From positions 3,826 to 67,825 of IMG/VR virus record IMGVR_UViG_3300009060_000001: DNA of 64,000 bases; one strand, given 5' to 3'. Position 1 is the first letter of the stretch. Each line of letters opens with the position of its first letter. Below, piece after piece: positions 9,265 to 21,400 of this stretch. The notes beneath the pieces are model-generated. The model was not told where the DNA came from. It ran no database searches and saw nothing but the letters and a program-made list of their open reading frames with translations. The translations under genes were made by a program, and so were the position numbers. This DNA is from a virus.

Positions 9265-9729
9265 ATGAGTTCACCGATCGATCACATGCTCCCAAAAGAT
9301 TGGGATGATTGGAGTCCCGGAGAGAAGGAAACCTTCTTTCGGGAAAATGCCGAAGATGTAGAACATAAAACCATAACCAAACCGCTTTCACGAAAGGAGC
9401 TGGAAGATGCCCAGCAGGAGCTATCGATTGCTTCTGTGGACCTTCGAAAGAAGGAGCGCGAGTACGATAAAGTTAAAGAGAAATGGCGCGAAGAAATCAT
9501 CAAACCGCGCAAGGAAAAGGTTGACGTTCTCCTGGATCAGCTGGAAAACGAAGCCGAAGAAATGGAAGGCAACGTATTCTTGCTTCGCGATTTTCAGCGC
9601 GAGATGGTTTATGAAGTCTTGGCCGATGGCACAGTCATAAATGCCCGGCCGATGATGCACAAAGAGAAGCAGTTTAAAACACAATCGCACATGCGAAGTG
9701 CTGCGGTCAACGATAATCCTAACGAATAA
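9265..9729 (+). CDS. Coiled-coil phage protein
   Basis: 154-aa helical ORF adjacent to the DUF2303-like gene. Confidence 0.7.
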   Translation: MSSPIDHMLPKDWDDWSPGEKETFFRENAEDVEHKTITKPLSRKELEDAQQELSIASVDLRKKEREYDKVKEKWREEIIKPRKEKVDVLLDQLENEAEEMEGNVFLLRDFQREMVYEVLADGTVINARPMMHKEKQFKTQSHMRSAAVNDNPNE

Positions 9730-9741
9730 TAATTCATCATT

Positions 9742-10479
9742 ATGTCAGACGAAGAAGCTAAAAAAGATACCCGGCGAGTCCATATTACTCCGCACAAAGA
9801 AGTGCAAACGCTCATCCTTCGGGAATCAACTAACGCTCCCGAAATACGGCAGCCGGTTAAAGTGCGGATTCGGGGGAATATTTTTGCGCCCCAGGAATGG
9901 TATGAGATGCGCTGGCAGCAGGAACTTATTGATCCGAAACTGGCGCATGTGGAAGTGGATCGTTGGCAGGGAATCATCAAGCTTTATGTCAACGAATCAG
10001 ATGTGGAACAGCCAATTATCACTGGAACGCTGGCAGAAAATCCGGACCTGGAGAAGCTGGGCATCAATCAAGGCAATATGTACGATAAGGATTCCTTTGT
10101 TGAAATGCTAAAAATGAACCGGCATCTATTCCAGGATCAATCTGTTAATATGTCATTGGTCGCAAAGTTGAAAGATTTTGTGGTCGATGTCAGGAAGAAG
10201 ATTGAAGATAAAGACGATCACCGGGGAAATATTAATATCGCGCTGCGCCAGACAGCCGAAACAGATCTTCCGGAAACCTTCAATCTGGAGATGCCCATCT
10301 TTCGTGGGAAGCCATCCCAGGTTTTTGAAGTCGAACTTAACTTCAATGTGAAAAGCAATAGTATCTTCTTCTGGCTTACATCGCCGGATCTGGCCGAACA
10401 GATAGGAACCACCAAGGATAAGATCATCGAAAATGCTTTAAAGGGCATGGATGAGAATCTTATCATCATCGAAAAGTAA
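9742..10479 (+). CDS. DUF2303/YfdQ-like phage protein
   Basis: LPETFNLEMPIFRG...FEVEL C-terminal pattern. Confidence 0.55.
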   Translation: MSDEEAKKDTRRVHITPHKEVQTLILRESTNAPEIRQPVKVRIRGNIFAPQEWYEMRWQQELIDPKLAHVEVDRWQGIIKLYVNESDVEQPIITGTLAENPDLEKLGINQGNMYDKDSFVEMLKMNRHLFQDQSVNMSLVAKLKDFVVDVRKKIEDKDDHRGNINIALRQTAETDLPETFNLEMPIFRGKPSQVFEVELNFNVKSNSIFFWLTSPDLAEQIGTTKDKIIENALKGMDENLIIIEK

Positions 10480-10491
10480 TACCCCAAAAGC

Positions 10492-10550
10492 CACCTAAAA
10501 TAGAAAAGGCCAGCTCGCTTGGGCTGGCCTTTCTTTTATTCTCTTAGGTG
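10492..10550. terminator. Bidirectional intrinsic terminator between convergent blocks
   Basis: AAAAGGCCAGCTC-GCTT-GGGCTGGCCTTTCTTTT, extended by CACCTAA...TTAGGTG. Confidence 0.85.
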
Positions 10551-10610
10551 CTAAACTAAAGAATAATGAAAAGAGTGCTCTCAACTCTTACCATTGCTAA
10601 AATAGGTAGA

Positions 10611-11273
10611 TTACAAGGCATATCCAAGAATGAATGCTGCCACCGTTGCTACTTCTGTCCAAGGGAATCGCCTACCTTTGGGTTTTAGCGGTGTCGTTGA
10701 TACTACTTTTAGGCTATCGAAATCCGGAGATGTGGTTAGTGCCTTTACCGATGATCGATCATCATTAATAAAGATCGCCTGGTCAATTCTCACGCGCCTA
10801 AGCTGGCTTATTTCAGGCGTATCCAAAAATAGCGAGTCATTACGTATGCCACCGCGAGCAACGGCTTCTATGAGTCCATTTCCGAAGGTTGCTCGTTTCT
10901 CTAGTGTTGTATCGGCAAATGTTTGCTCGGTACTGTCGGAATCGTTTTTAAGATCCCATATTGAAAGCGAAGAAACTTCTTGTAGGCTATCGACCTTTAA
11001 ATTTAGCTTCCCAATAATCTTATTATAGGAAGCCAGCTTGTCTTTGTTTTTGTCCACATAATCGCGGAATGCCTTGGAAGTATTGGCCAGGGAATCTTTA
11101 ATCTGCGATTTATCAACGCGCAGCGCTTGGGTAAGCGTAGTTAAGGAATCAAGTTTTTTTGATTGTTCGGCCGTTTCGTATTTAATTTTCTCTGGCGTAA
11201 AATACCTGGTAAGGCCAACAGTTAACAAAAGTACTACTATTCCTAATCCTATTTCTTTTGGGGAAAAACTCAT
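10611..11273 (-). CDS. Putative spanin (Rz-like)
   Basis: N-terminal TM, coiled coil and C-terminal hydrophobic segment; downstream of holin and endolysin. Confidence 0.5.
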   Translation of the reverse strand: MSFSPKEIGLGIVVLLLTVGLTRYFTPEKIKYETAEQSKKLDSLTTLTQALRVDKSQIKDSLANTSKAFRDYVDKNKDKLASYNKIIGKLNLKVDSLQEVSSLSIWDLKNDSDSTEQTFADTTLEKRATFGNGLIEAVARGGIRNDSLFLDTPEISQLRRVRIDQAIFINDDRSSVKALTTSPDFDSLKVVSTTPLKPKGRRFPWTEVATVAAFILGYAL

Positions 11274-11950
11274 GCTGCTTCCTTTTCTTTTTTGATTACT
11301 GTAACATCTTCATTGCCAAAATAATATGCTTGCGATTCGGCAAACTCCTTGGCTGCTTCTTCATCTACCTTGTCCCATAGCTCTGGCCAATCAATGTTAT
11401 CTAACTGGCCCTTCTTTTTGTAAAGCTTAAAGGCTACCCTGGCAAAAGCAGTCATTTTTACGTGTTTCAATACGCTCCAAATTTCATGGCCGGTAAGAAT
11501 TAAAAATAGCACATATTGGAACCATCCCAGCGCATCCGGAAACATATTAGCCCCCACAGTAACAGCAATGATCCCGATAGAATACATTACGGATTTATAA
11601 AATGTTTTCATCCATTTTTTGGGATGAAATCTTATCCTGGAATCGATAATGGCCCGGATGGATCCGGCGATAAAATCAAGGAATACCAAGATTATTAACC
11701 CTTCAACAAGATTCTTAGGAGTTACAAATAGCTGCGCTACTTGCTGTGGCTCGAAAAATCCTTGCATATACGCAAATATCCCGTAGGCCCCTCCCAGCAA
11801 TGCTTTATATCTAAACTGATAAGGGATTTCGGCAATGGGTCGTAAAAAAGGGCGGATAGCCGTGTACCAAAACATATTAATATACCCCGTTTTGTGAGTT
11901 ACAATTATGGTTTTGTTTGGAAGTTCTATCGTTTCTCTAACTGTTTCCAT
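11270..11950 (-). CDS. Holin (phage holin 4 / TcdE-like)
   Basis: Several TM segments; LVFLDFIAG..RA...K.FYK...HEIWSVL pattern. Confidence 0.7.
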   Translation of the reverse strand: METVRETIELPNKTIIVTHKTGYINMFWYTAIRPFLRPIAEIPYQFRYKALLGGAYGIFAYMQGFFEPQQVAQLFVTPKNLVEGLIILVFLDFIAGSIRAIIDSRIRFHPKKWMKTFYKSVMYSIGIIAVTVGANMFPDALGWFQYVLFLILTGHEIWSVLKHVKMTAFARVAFKLYKKKGQLDNIDWPELWDKVDEEAAKEFAESQAYYFGNEDVTVIKKEKEAA

Positions 11951-11989
11951 AGCTAGTAAATCACTCCTATTTTTTTATTTTTGGGGATC

Positions 11990-12472
11990 CTAGATGATTT
12001 TACCTTTTTGTATGTGGAATAACACCTTCCCTCCTTGATTGAGTTCTTTACTTAAAGCCGGATAAACTATCCGGTACGCATCTCTGGCACTTCCAACGTT
12101 AAAATTATTATGCCCATCATTCCTTTTTTGGGGATTCGTGCCGGTCATAGGGCAACCTTTAGTATTTTCATCTGTATTGCCTGGATGGAGCTCAATGTAC
12201 TTAAAGCCTTGCACCCCTAGCAAATGGATCATTCCAATGTGATTGATAATGGGATCATTTGCAAATACTTGCTTGTAATGATTGTGAAGTCCTCCTTCGG
12301 CACGAATCTCTGTTTCATACGTGCCATAAGGGATAGCTGTTTCTCCTGGAACCTTGGGGCCTTCGCGAACTTGGTCCTCCAGGATAAAACATTTAAATTC
12401 ATCGTTGAAGTTCATGTGAGAGAGTGTTGAATCGTCCCCGAAAGCAAATCTATTAATATAAACGTGAATCAT
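11990..12472 (-). CDS. DUF5675 family putative endolysin
   Basis: CFILED..R...KVPGETAIPYGTY...GFKYIELHPGNT..NTKGC; start moved to ATG 12472. Confidence 0.8.
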   Translation of the reverse strand: MIHVYINRFAFGDDSTLSHMNFNDEFKCFILEDQVREGPKVPGETAIPYGTYETEIRAEGGLHNHYKQVFANDPIINHIGMIHLLGVQGFKYIELHPGNTDENTKGCPMTGTNPQKRNDGHNNFNVGSARDAYRIVYPALSKELNQGGKVLFHIQKGKII

Positions 12473-12477
12473 AATAT

Positions 12478-15400
12478 TTAATCTGTTTTTACTGTTCCGC
12501 TTTGAGCCAGGATGGAAGCAGCTATTTCGGTCATTTGTTTCTCTAGCTGATCGGCTTGCTGCCAATTCTTGTTTTTTCGCAACTCTTTAACCTGTTTGTA
12601 TAACTGTTGCAGCGTATTGGCTGTTTTGTGAAATTGAGCCAATTTTCGTATCTGCATATCCAATTGCCGGATTCGTTTAATATCTTCCGGATTGCCGGTG
12701 TTGGCTTTTTCAAGATCATCCCGGGAACGTTTCAAAGATTGAAACTTCTGATCTAAATCAGTGATTTTCTGTGTGCTCTGGCTATACCAACCATCCGGAG
12801 TTCGCTGCACTAATTTTCCTCCCAAGGGAATGTCCGCAGCTGTAATGGGTTCTCCCCTGGCAATTTTATCTTTAAACTCTAGGGCCCGGCCAAGCAGATT
12901 ACCGGTAACATTATTCACTACATGCTGAATTTTTAAAGGACTCATGTGGCTTATTTTACCCAAGGTTTTATAAAAATTAGGTGTCGTTGTAAAAGCTTGC
13001 TGCTCGGGTGGATATTCTTGCAGCCAAGGCGGAACAATAGGTTCCTTCCAATAAAATTGATAATTCACTGCTCCTTCAATAAGCGAAGTAAGCTGTGGTC
13101 CAACAGCCATTTGGAAAATAGGTGATAATCCTCCAGATACCGGGGTATCTCCCATTCTGCTCAAAACAGTCTTAGCAAATTCGCCAGCCGGTAATTTTGA
13201 TTTATTAGCTGCATTATCCAGGGAAATCCATGTAAATGCCTGAATAGCCCCTGTAGGCCCATAATCAAATGGTACGCGGTAAGCCCCAAATAACGGCATA
13301 TAATTTTTTCGCTCTTGATTGGTACGATTTTCAAGCTCTTTCCGGCGCTTTTCAGGCGTAGCAGCGGTAGAGATAGCCCATGCTATCGCCGTTGGTACGG
13401 CTACTCCCATTCCAAGACGAAGGCCCTGTTGCCAGCGGATCCTGCTATCCGGATGAACCAACCGGTGAAGCGTTTCAGAGAATATTTGTGTGGATGGATT
13501 AATGAATCCTCCAGCTCGATAGGCTGCATGGATGGTTGAATTCCCCGGCCGTTCCCCGAAATTTCCTGAAACGAAATCGTGGGCCATCATGGCAGCTTCA
13601 TCGCTATGGCCCATGTGTTTCATTTGAAGGTAAGCGCCAATGCGCGGAGCTTCTTCAACGGCTGTTGATAACCGGCTCATACCTGTTGCTTCCATAAACA
13701 GATGGAAGGGCTTATTAAGCAACACATTGGGTGCTACAAAGGTATAATGGGCGGCTTTATCTTTCCAGTCCATCTTATCCCAATTTTGGGGGAATAGCCC
13801 TTCTTTAAGAATCTGCTTAAACCGGCTTTCATTAAATTGCCTTTCTTCGGAGATCGAATCATACATGGTACGCGAAAGCAATTCCGTATCCACAACATCG
13901 GTCTCATCATTGCCGGTAAGCTTGGCCAGCATACCACTAGCGAAATAATATCCTGGGGTGATAGATTTCATAAAATCACCTACCGTTTGATCGTCCACCG
14001 TATATTCCGGAGGAAGCCCAAAGTAAGCGCCAGTGCTGGCGTCCCGGGGCAGGTTACGCCCAATAAAATCCAATGTATTGGTTATAGATTTCTTCCAAGG
14101 TGCCGTGGCCTTAGCAATGGTATTCCAGAATTTAGCTGCTCCCCCGGTCTTTTCGGTACGGGCAAAATAATCGTACATATAAGGATTTTTCAGCTGGTAA
14201 AAAACTCTGGCCCCATTACGTTTAGCAGCGATAATATTTATCCCCTGGGGATCGGCTCCGCGCCAGATAGGCATACCCGTTGATGCAATATTAATTTGTT
14301 CGGGTTTAATAGGATTAGGCTGCATCACTTCGCTGGGATCTACTCCCATGCTGGCAGCAGCTTCTTCCCGGCGTTGATTGTTAAGATAATCAGCAACCAC
14401 CTTAGCCATTTCTTCGGGCTTTAAGTCTGCCACTTTTTTTGTATCCAGCTGAATAGGAGATACTAATCGATTTATGGGAACTTTTGCTTCCATCGGAATA
14501 TCATCGCGCCGGTTCATTTCTTCGGCCATATAAATGGGAGCCAGCATTGCGCGATTCTGATAATAAGCATCAACTACTTGATACGTTCGCTGTTGGATAG
14601 CTTTCAGTAAAGGAAGCATGGGATGATCGCCACCCTTTACCCCCCGGAATCCGGCATCTGCTTCCGGAATCGTTTTATCGCGAGTTGTATTTTCTCCCTT
14701 GCCCTCTACATCTTTGAGCAATGGCATATAGAACTCATAGGCAGATTTCATCCGAATGGCTTCGCCCAGGCTTTTGTCCCCTCCCAGGTATCCGGTCAGG
14801 AGCAGCTTATCCATATAATCGTTTATTTCGTTGAAATAACCTTTCCATTCCGGATTTGCTTGTTCAAATTCATTAACCTTTTGGGCTACAACCGATGGCT
14901 TGACTTCTGTAATCCCGGTATAGGGAGCCAGCTTTTTAATAAGTCGCTCCAGGGAAACCTTATATTGAGAATAAAATTCAAATTGTGGCCACGCATCCTT
15001 TCCGATCTTCTGTAATGTTTCTTCAATGGGAAGGTCGTGCAATACGATTTGATTCCCATGCTCACCGGCCGGATCGGTGAGCTTGTTTTCGAGTTCGTCA
15101 GAAATATTGAATCCAGCTTCGCGCAGCTGGTCAATTTGGTCCTGGGTAGCAATAACGCCATCTCCGGTACTCATAATTTTAAGGCCGGAACCATGCAGGG
15201 CATCTTTTGCAATGCCAGGAATCCGGTTGGTTATCTGATGGGCCAGTCGGAAATCCGCTTTTGTTTCGCGGATGTCTTTCATAAACTCCCGGGCCTTTTG
15301 TTTGCCTTCGTTATTATCGTCATAAATATCAGTAAAGGCTTTATAGACCGCATCACGCTCCCATTGATGGATGGCCCAATTACGTCCCAAAGCCGTAAAC

Positions 15401-18400
15401 GTGAATCGATCGAAAACATCCTTGGCCTTTTCCGTTAATGGATTGGGATCCGGCCCGGTATCCTTATTGGCAGCGCGAAGCATTGCGACCGGTCCGCGTT
15501 CTGAATGAAGTTTATATAACCGAGCTGCATCTTGCAGATTATCCAATAACTCTGGAGCATCTGCTTTCATGGCATTTACTAAGTTAGTCGTTAAATCCAA
15601 CGAAGATGTAAACTCTGGATTTAAGATATAACTACGTGCCCATTCGGCAAAATACTCTGCCGGGGAATCCGCAGAAGCTCTCGATATGCCAGCTTCTTCT
15701 AATGGTTCCTTGATTTGATCCCAATCAAATTGTTCTAAGAAATCCGGATGAACATCTTGGATCTGATGATGAATACCATGAGCAGCTTCATGAAAGACAG
15801 CTACATCGCCGGGCTCGCGCGCTCTTACCAATCTGGCAGAATGCTGGTAATGAGCAGGATTCCGAGTAGTTGTGTTCACTTTCCCTACGCGCATCTCGAT
15901 ACCTACGGCATCATTAAGGAAATTAATGATCGACCGCATTCCTACTTCGCTACCATCCGGATCGTTTTTAATTTTCTTAGCCAGCTGTTTAGCTTTTTTG
16001 CTCTTTATCTGATCCACATCGGCCCAAGCAATATCATAGTCGCCCTGTGGTTGCAGATCCCGGATATGATCGATGCCGGAATTTCGGCTGGCCATATTTA
16101 CCGTTGGGGTTATGTTTTTAGAACCTGATTTATCTTTTGCTGGGCTACGCTGCTGCTCCTGTCCTCCGCCCTCCTGCTGTTGGGATTGGTTAGGCCGGAA
16201 GGCTTCCTCAAAAGCTTGTTTGGCCCCAGCTTCCGTGTTGCCGGGTGTTTCGAAACGTTCAAATAAGTTAGTTTCTCCATCGATTCGATTGGCGTAATTT
16301 CGGATTAAAGTTCTAATAGCAGTTTGTGTACCTGTTGTACCCAGCTGCTTCATTATTGCCGAGCTTGGCCGTTGTACATCAAGCAATATTTGGGCCAGCT
16401 GGACTTCCTGGTTGGTGTAAGCTTCGTTTCCCTGGGAAAAAACATCTTGTTGGTTCACAAAATCCGATGCGGTTTTCATGCTTTTATTCTTGCGCACATT
16501 CCAAACAATATCAACGGCATTTTGCAAGGTGGTTGATAGGTCTGCTGGAGTATTAAGGTAGCGGATCAACGTGCCATAAGAGCGTTCTATCCCCCGGATT
16601 ACATCGTGTGGCATTTCGGAAAATTTGCGAATGGTATCCCGGCCAGTGTCGCTGTCAAATATTAAGCTACGGAACACATCAGCCATAAAATCTTTTCCCT
16701 TAACAGTAATCTTATTTTCATTATCCAGAAATTCCGATCGATCGATGTCTGGAAGAAGATCAACAATACGGGGTCCAACATCATCCAGGATGCTTCGAAT
16801 GGTTTCGGCATCGGAACTGTCAATAATCCGGCCAATCTTTTGGCGATCGGCTTCCGGAAGATTGCGAACGGATGCCTTAGCTTCGTCAATAGGATCCAAT
16901 CGGGCTTCGGCCGTATTCTTAATATTACCTAATCGAATAGCTTCTTTGTCGTTTACGTCCATCACACGAACCAAGACCGGCCGTTTCATTTGAGCTACCT
17001 GGTTTTTATCCAATCCAAATCGTTCGGCTTGGGTTACCAGATACCCTTTATAATTTTGAGCCTTGCCGGGATTCTCCGAATACGCCAGTTGTAGAGAAAT
17101 CGACCGGCCGTTCCCCTGAATAACCTCTCCGCGCGCGTTTGTAATAGGAGCCCCATAAAAGGCCAGATCATTGCCGGTGATAGAATCTGGATTCAGCTTT
17201 TGGGCAATTTGCTTATGCTGGGCAATATATTTCCGGCCGCGGCGATCGCGCGGTTGGCCTTTGGATATAACGTGTTTAGAGTTTAACGATCCATCGGTAT
17301 TGTGGGATGCTTGTAGATCCCGGGCTTCCAGTACAGCATAATGGCCAGGATGATCTTCCGATCCATCGGGCTTAAATGAAATCTTTATATCCGATCCATT
17401 CTGTTTGAATACGCTGTCTGAATTACGGACTTCTTCTATCGGACTGCTAAACAAACGATCAAAAATTCTGCGTTGATCCTTATTGATGATAACAGCATCA
17501 TCTTGCTGGCTCAACGATTGGTAGATATTTTGCAGCCATTCCTTAAACCGAGTAAAAAGCCCTTTTACTTCTTCGTTCGGAGCCTTGCCATCGGCCAGGT
17601 ATTTAACAAAGCGAGTAGCAAACTTTTCTTCATGCTGTGGAGTCCATTTCCCATCTTCCACATTCAGCCAAGCTTCCATCCGGTGAAGATCATCTTCGGG
17701 GAGGTCCCTTCGAAATACTTTACCTAGCTGGCGAACGATCGTTTCAAAATCATCCTCATTTTCAAATAAATGAATAATAGCGCGCTCGTCATTATCAAAT
17801 GAGATCGCTTGCTTGCCAGGCATTCCATCGTACAAATTAACTGGCTCCTGAAATGCCTTGTAATCGGTTCGGGATTCCAATACTCCGGAAGCGCGCATAG
17901 AATCATAGGTTCTTCTGCTGCCTTCTCCTGGTTGAACAGTCAACACATCTGCAAGGCCATCTCCGGATTTGCTAAAAGACTTGGATAATTCTCCGAAATA
18001 CCCTTTATGCAGCCGGAAGTCTTTCGGACTAAGGTTGGATACCAATACAGAGCTAGTAGCGCCAGAGCGATCCATATAAGTGCGTAGTTCGGTGGCAAAC
18101 TTGCTATGGCCAATACCCTCTCTGGCCATTCCGATTTGTGGTTGATTCTTCATGTGTAAGAATCCTATAACTTCCTTTTGATGATTCAATAATATAGCAG
18201 AGTATTTGTCTGCCAAAGAAAATTTTCGGGATTCAATGAATTGAGCAACTTCGCCGGGGCTTGTTATTTGAAAACGTTCACCGGGAGGACTATAATTTTT
18301 TGTGTTTTTAAATCGTCCCCAGCTAAATACGGGTACATCCCGGGATGTCGTTGCATAAGGTCCTTCCAGCGATTCGGCTCGCTGTTCCACAGTAGGCACA

Positions 18401-21400
18401 TCGCTGGTTCCTTTAGGGCCAACCTCATCAAACACCCCATAGAGTCCAGAATTCCTATTTATAATAATCGAATCCCTCATTCTAACGCCAGCTGGCAATC
18501 GTTCTTTTATTTTTTTATGCATACTAAGATCAGCTCGGGAAGATTTTAAGTTTCCGCTGGGATGGTTATGAACCAAGGTAACTTCTTGGATGTCGTAACG
18601 CTGCACGAAGTCTGTAACAGCCGTATGATCGATTGCAGAATGAGCAGGTCCCCCCATGCCAACATTAAGAATAATGGCTTCACCATTCCGATCTATCCCT
18701 ACAATGTATCCTTGTTCAATAGCTGCGTTTTCCAGCTGTGAAAACATAAAGGCTATATCGGCATCCGTTCGAACCTGTTGGTTGCGACTCACCGGCTTAA
18801 TATTATCCCAGGGAATGTATTGGCGTTCCTGCATAGTGAATTCCAGGTTATCCCCTTGGGTTATTTCTCTCATACCTGGATGTGCCGGTATGGTTTCTTC
18901 GGGAGCTGGCTCGTTTGGATTTTCATCGAAGAACCCAAGTTGCCGGGCGCTTTGGTATTCCATAATACGACCATCCGGCAGCTGCACGTAATTCCCATTT
19001 TCACTGTACGAAACACCGGTTTTTTCTTCAAGCCTATTACCAACATCCTGCATGGAATTTATATCATCTCCATAGGACTCGATAACTTCATTGGCTTGGC
19101 CATCGGTAATGGGTGGCTGTTTGGTAATACCGGCCAACCGGCGCTTCCAGTATTCTGCTTCATCTCGGCCATTTTGTTCGGCCCACACACGCGCGCGCTG
19201 GGAAATCAAGTTAATAATACCATCAACTTGTTCTGCGGTAATATCAGCATTGTTATTCAGCTGTTCGCGAAACTTCTCCTTCGTCATGGTTTCTGTATGT
19301 CGGCGCGGAGTTTCCTCCGGGGGAATCTCTTTATTATCAAGATCCTTAGTAGTAGATTCCAACAAGTCCGGATAAGCAGAAAGTATTTCTTCGGATACCG
19401 GCCGGTTATCTTCTAAAGCTTGAGCAACAGCTGTCTTATGCTCGGGAATAAATTTATTGTCAATGAGATTTGAAATTTCTTCTTCACTCATTCCATCCGG
19501 AAGTTCATCGATGCGATGCTGCACGTATTCTTCGGGCATCTGATGATGGGGCTTTAATTCAATCGATTTTTCACCGGCGCGATCCAGTAGCTTGTTAACC
19601 AAATCCCCGGTTGTCATATCTTCTGTTGGAGTAATGCCGTTTTCTTTTGCTACTTGTTCTTGCCAGGTTTCCCCCTCTTTGACATCTGACATTACCATAT
19701 CCGGCATATTGGGATTCTGCTGGTAATCTCTAATTAATTTACGTGCCGAATCGGTTAACTCGACTCCTTGGTTGGCTTGCTGTTCAGATTGGCCAGTATT
19801 TGCATCCGTTTGCTCCTGGGAAGATCCAGGTACTTCATTTTGGTTCTCATCGATACTTTGTTGCTGCTGATTATTGGGTTGGGGATTGTTGTCGATGATT
19901 TCATTTTCAAAGGCAATTAATTGGTTAAAAAGTTGTGGCGCGTTGTTTGCTCCGGATTGCTGGAGCTGCTGCGTTTTTTCATCGATCCAATCCAAAGCGC
20001 GGATCTGTTCAGCTTCGGTAAGGGGTTGGCCTTGATCGAATTTGTCAAAAACAGTGGTCATCCGGGGATCGCCATCGTCCAGCCGGAATTCGCTTGTATT
20101 TACGCCCTGCGGAGTTAACTCCCGGTGGGCTTGATCAACGGCCTGGGTAAATGCTTCGGGATCCACGTTGGGCTGCGTACCGCGTCCGAAGTACTGCTGC
20201 CACATTACTTGCTCTACAATATCCGGATCGCGGAAGGTACGGCGGTTGCCATCTTCATCAGCCATCGTAACACTTTGTACTTCTCCAGCATCATTCGTAT
20301 TACTAGAAAGCCAGCTATAATTTTTCGTCTGCTGGGGTTCGCCGGTAAGCCGATCGGTTTCTGTTAATTGAAATTGGTCGGTTTTGGGATCCGTAAGTTG
20401 CATAGTTCGTACAGGGGGCTGGGTAGCCCGTTGCAGCTCGGTATCAGAAAGCTTTGTAGAAGTATCTTTATAGGTGTCGGGAACCTCTACAATCTGATTA
20501 TCACCGGTATCAATAACAATATTCCCTTCGGAATCCTGCGTAAGTGTTCCGCTATAATCGCCCATAGTTACTTGGTCGCCCATTACATCTTCAATCGTTC
20601 CTTGCTGGGCTTGCTGATCGCGCATTTGCTGGAGCTGCTGGTTATGGATCTCATTCCGGCGTTGCTGGAGCTGCCGGATAGATTTATCAAATTCTTCTGT
20701 GGGTTCACCCCGGGTTTCGGCAATATCACGATTGCGAAGGATCCGGTCGGTTTCTTCGGTTATTTGTTTTATTTGGGTATTTAAATCGGCATCCTCATTT
20801 ATATTAGAAGTAGCTCGTTGATCCGGGGAATAACCGCTATTCTTTTCAAGTTCCTGTGTAAACTTCTCCCAATGATCCAATACTTGCTGATCGTTATAGT
20901 TTTGAACCCCTCCATGATCCGGAATCACTTCTTCTTCCAGGATGCTATTTCTGCGCGTTTGCCACAACTGGAAGTTATGATCTTTTAAATCCGGATTTCT
21001 TGCATCAGTTATCTGATTGGCTTCGGTATAGATCTCTTGCTGCGATGATCCATCCCTGGTATAAGGCAACGATATTTTAATTCCTGGTTTCTGCGGGGCT
21101 TCCTGTTGCTCAATATTCAAACCGGCTTGCCTAGCAGCCGATTTCACATTGGCATTTCGCTGTGGATCCGAAGTTTCATTAAATACCATGTGCCCCTGGG
21201 TTCCACGAGATTTTGGAGCTCCAGATTCGTTTCTGCTTCCAGGGTGGTCAACTTGTAATCCGGAATCACCGGAATTGATTTCATACCCCATTGAAGTGGC
21301 AGCCTTGGCATAAGGAACTAATCCCGAATCCAGCTGAATAGATTTTCCGGAAGGCTGTTCCACATCTTGTTTTATAGGTTTATTATAGGTCTTTTGTTCT

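Noticed and set aside
10544-10553. TTAGGTGCTA copy as an eighth gene-start motif
   Set aside because: No downstream ORF; it pairs with CACCTAA as an extension of the terminator. Its antisense would lie in the late 3' UTR, so a role is not fully excluded.
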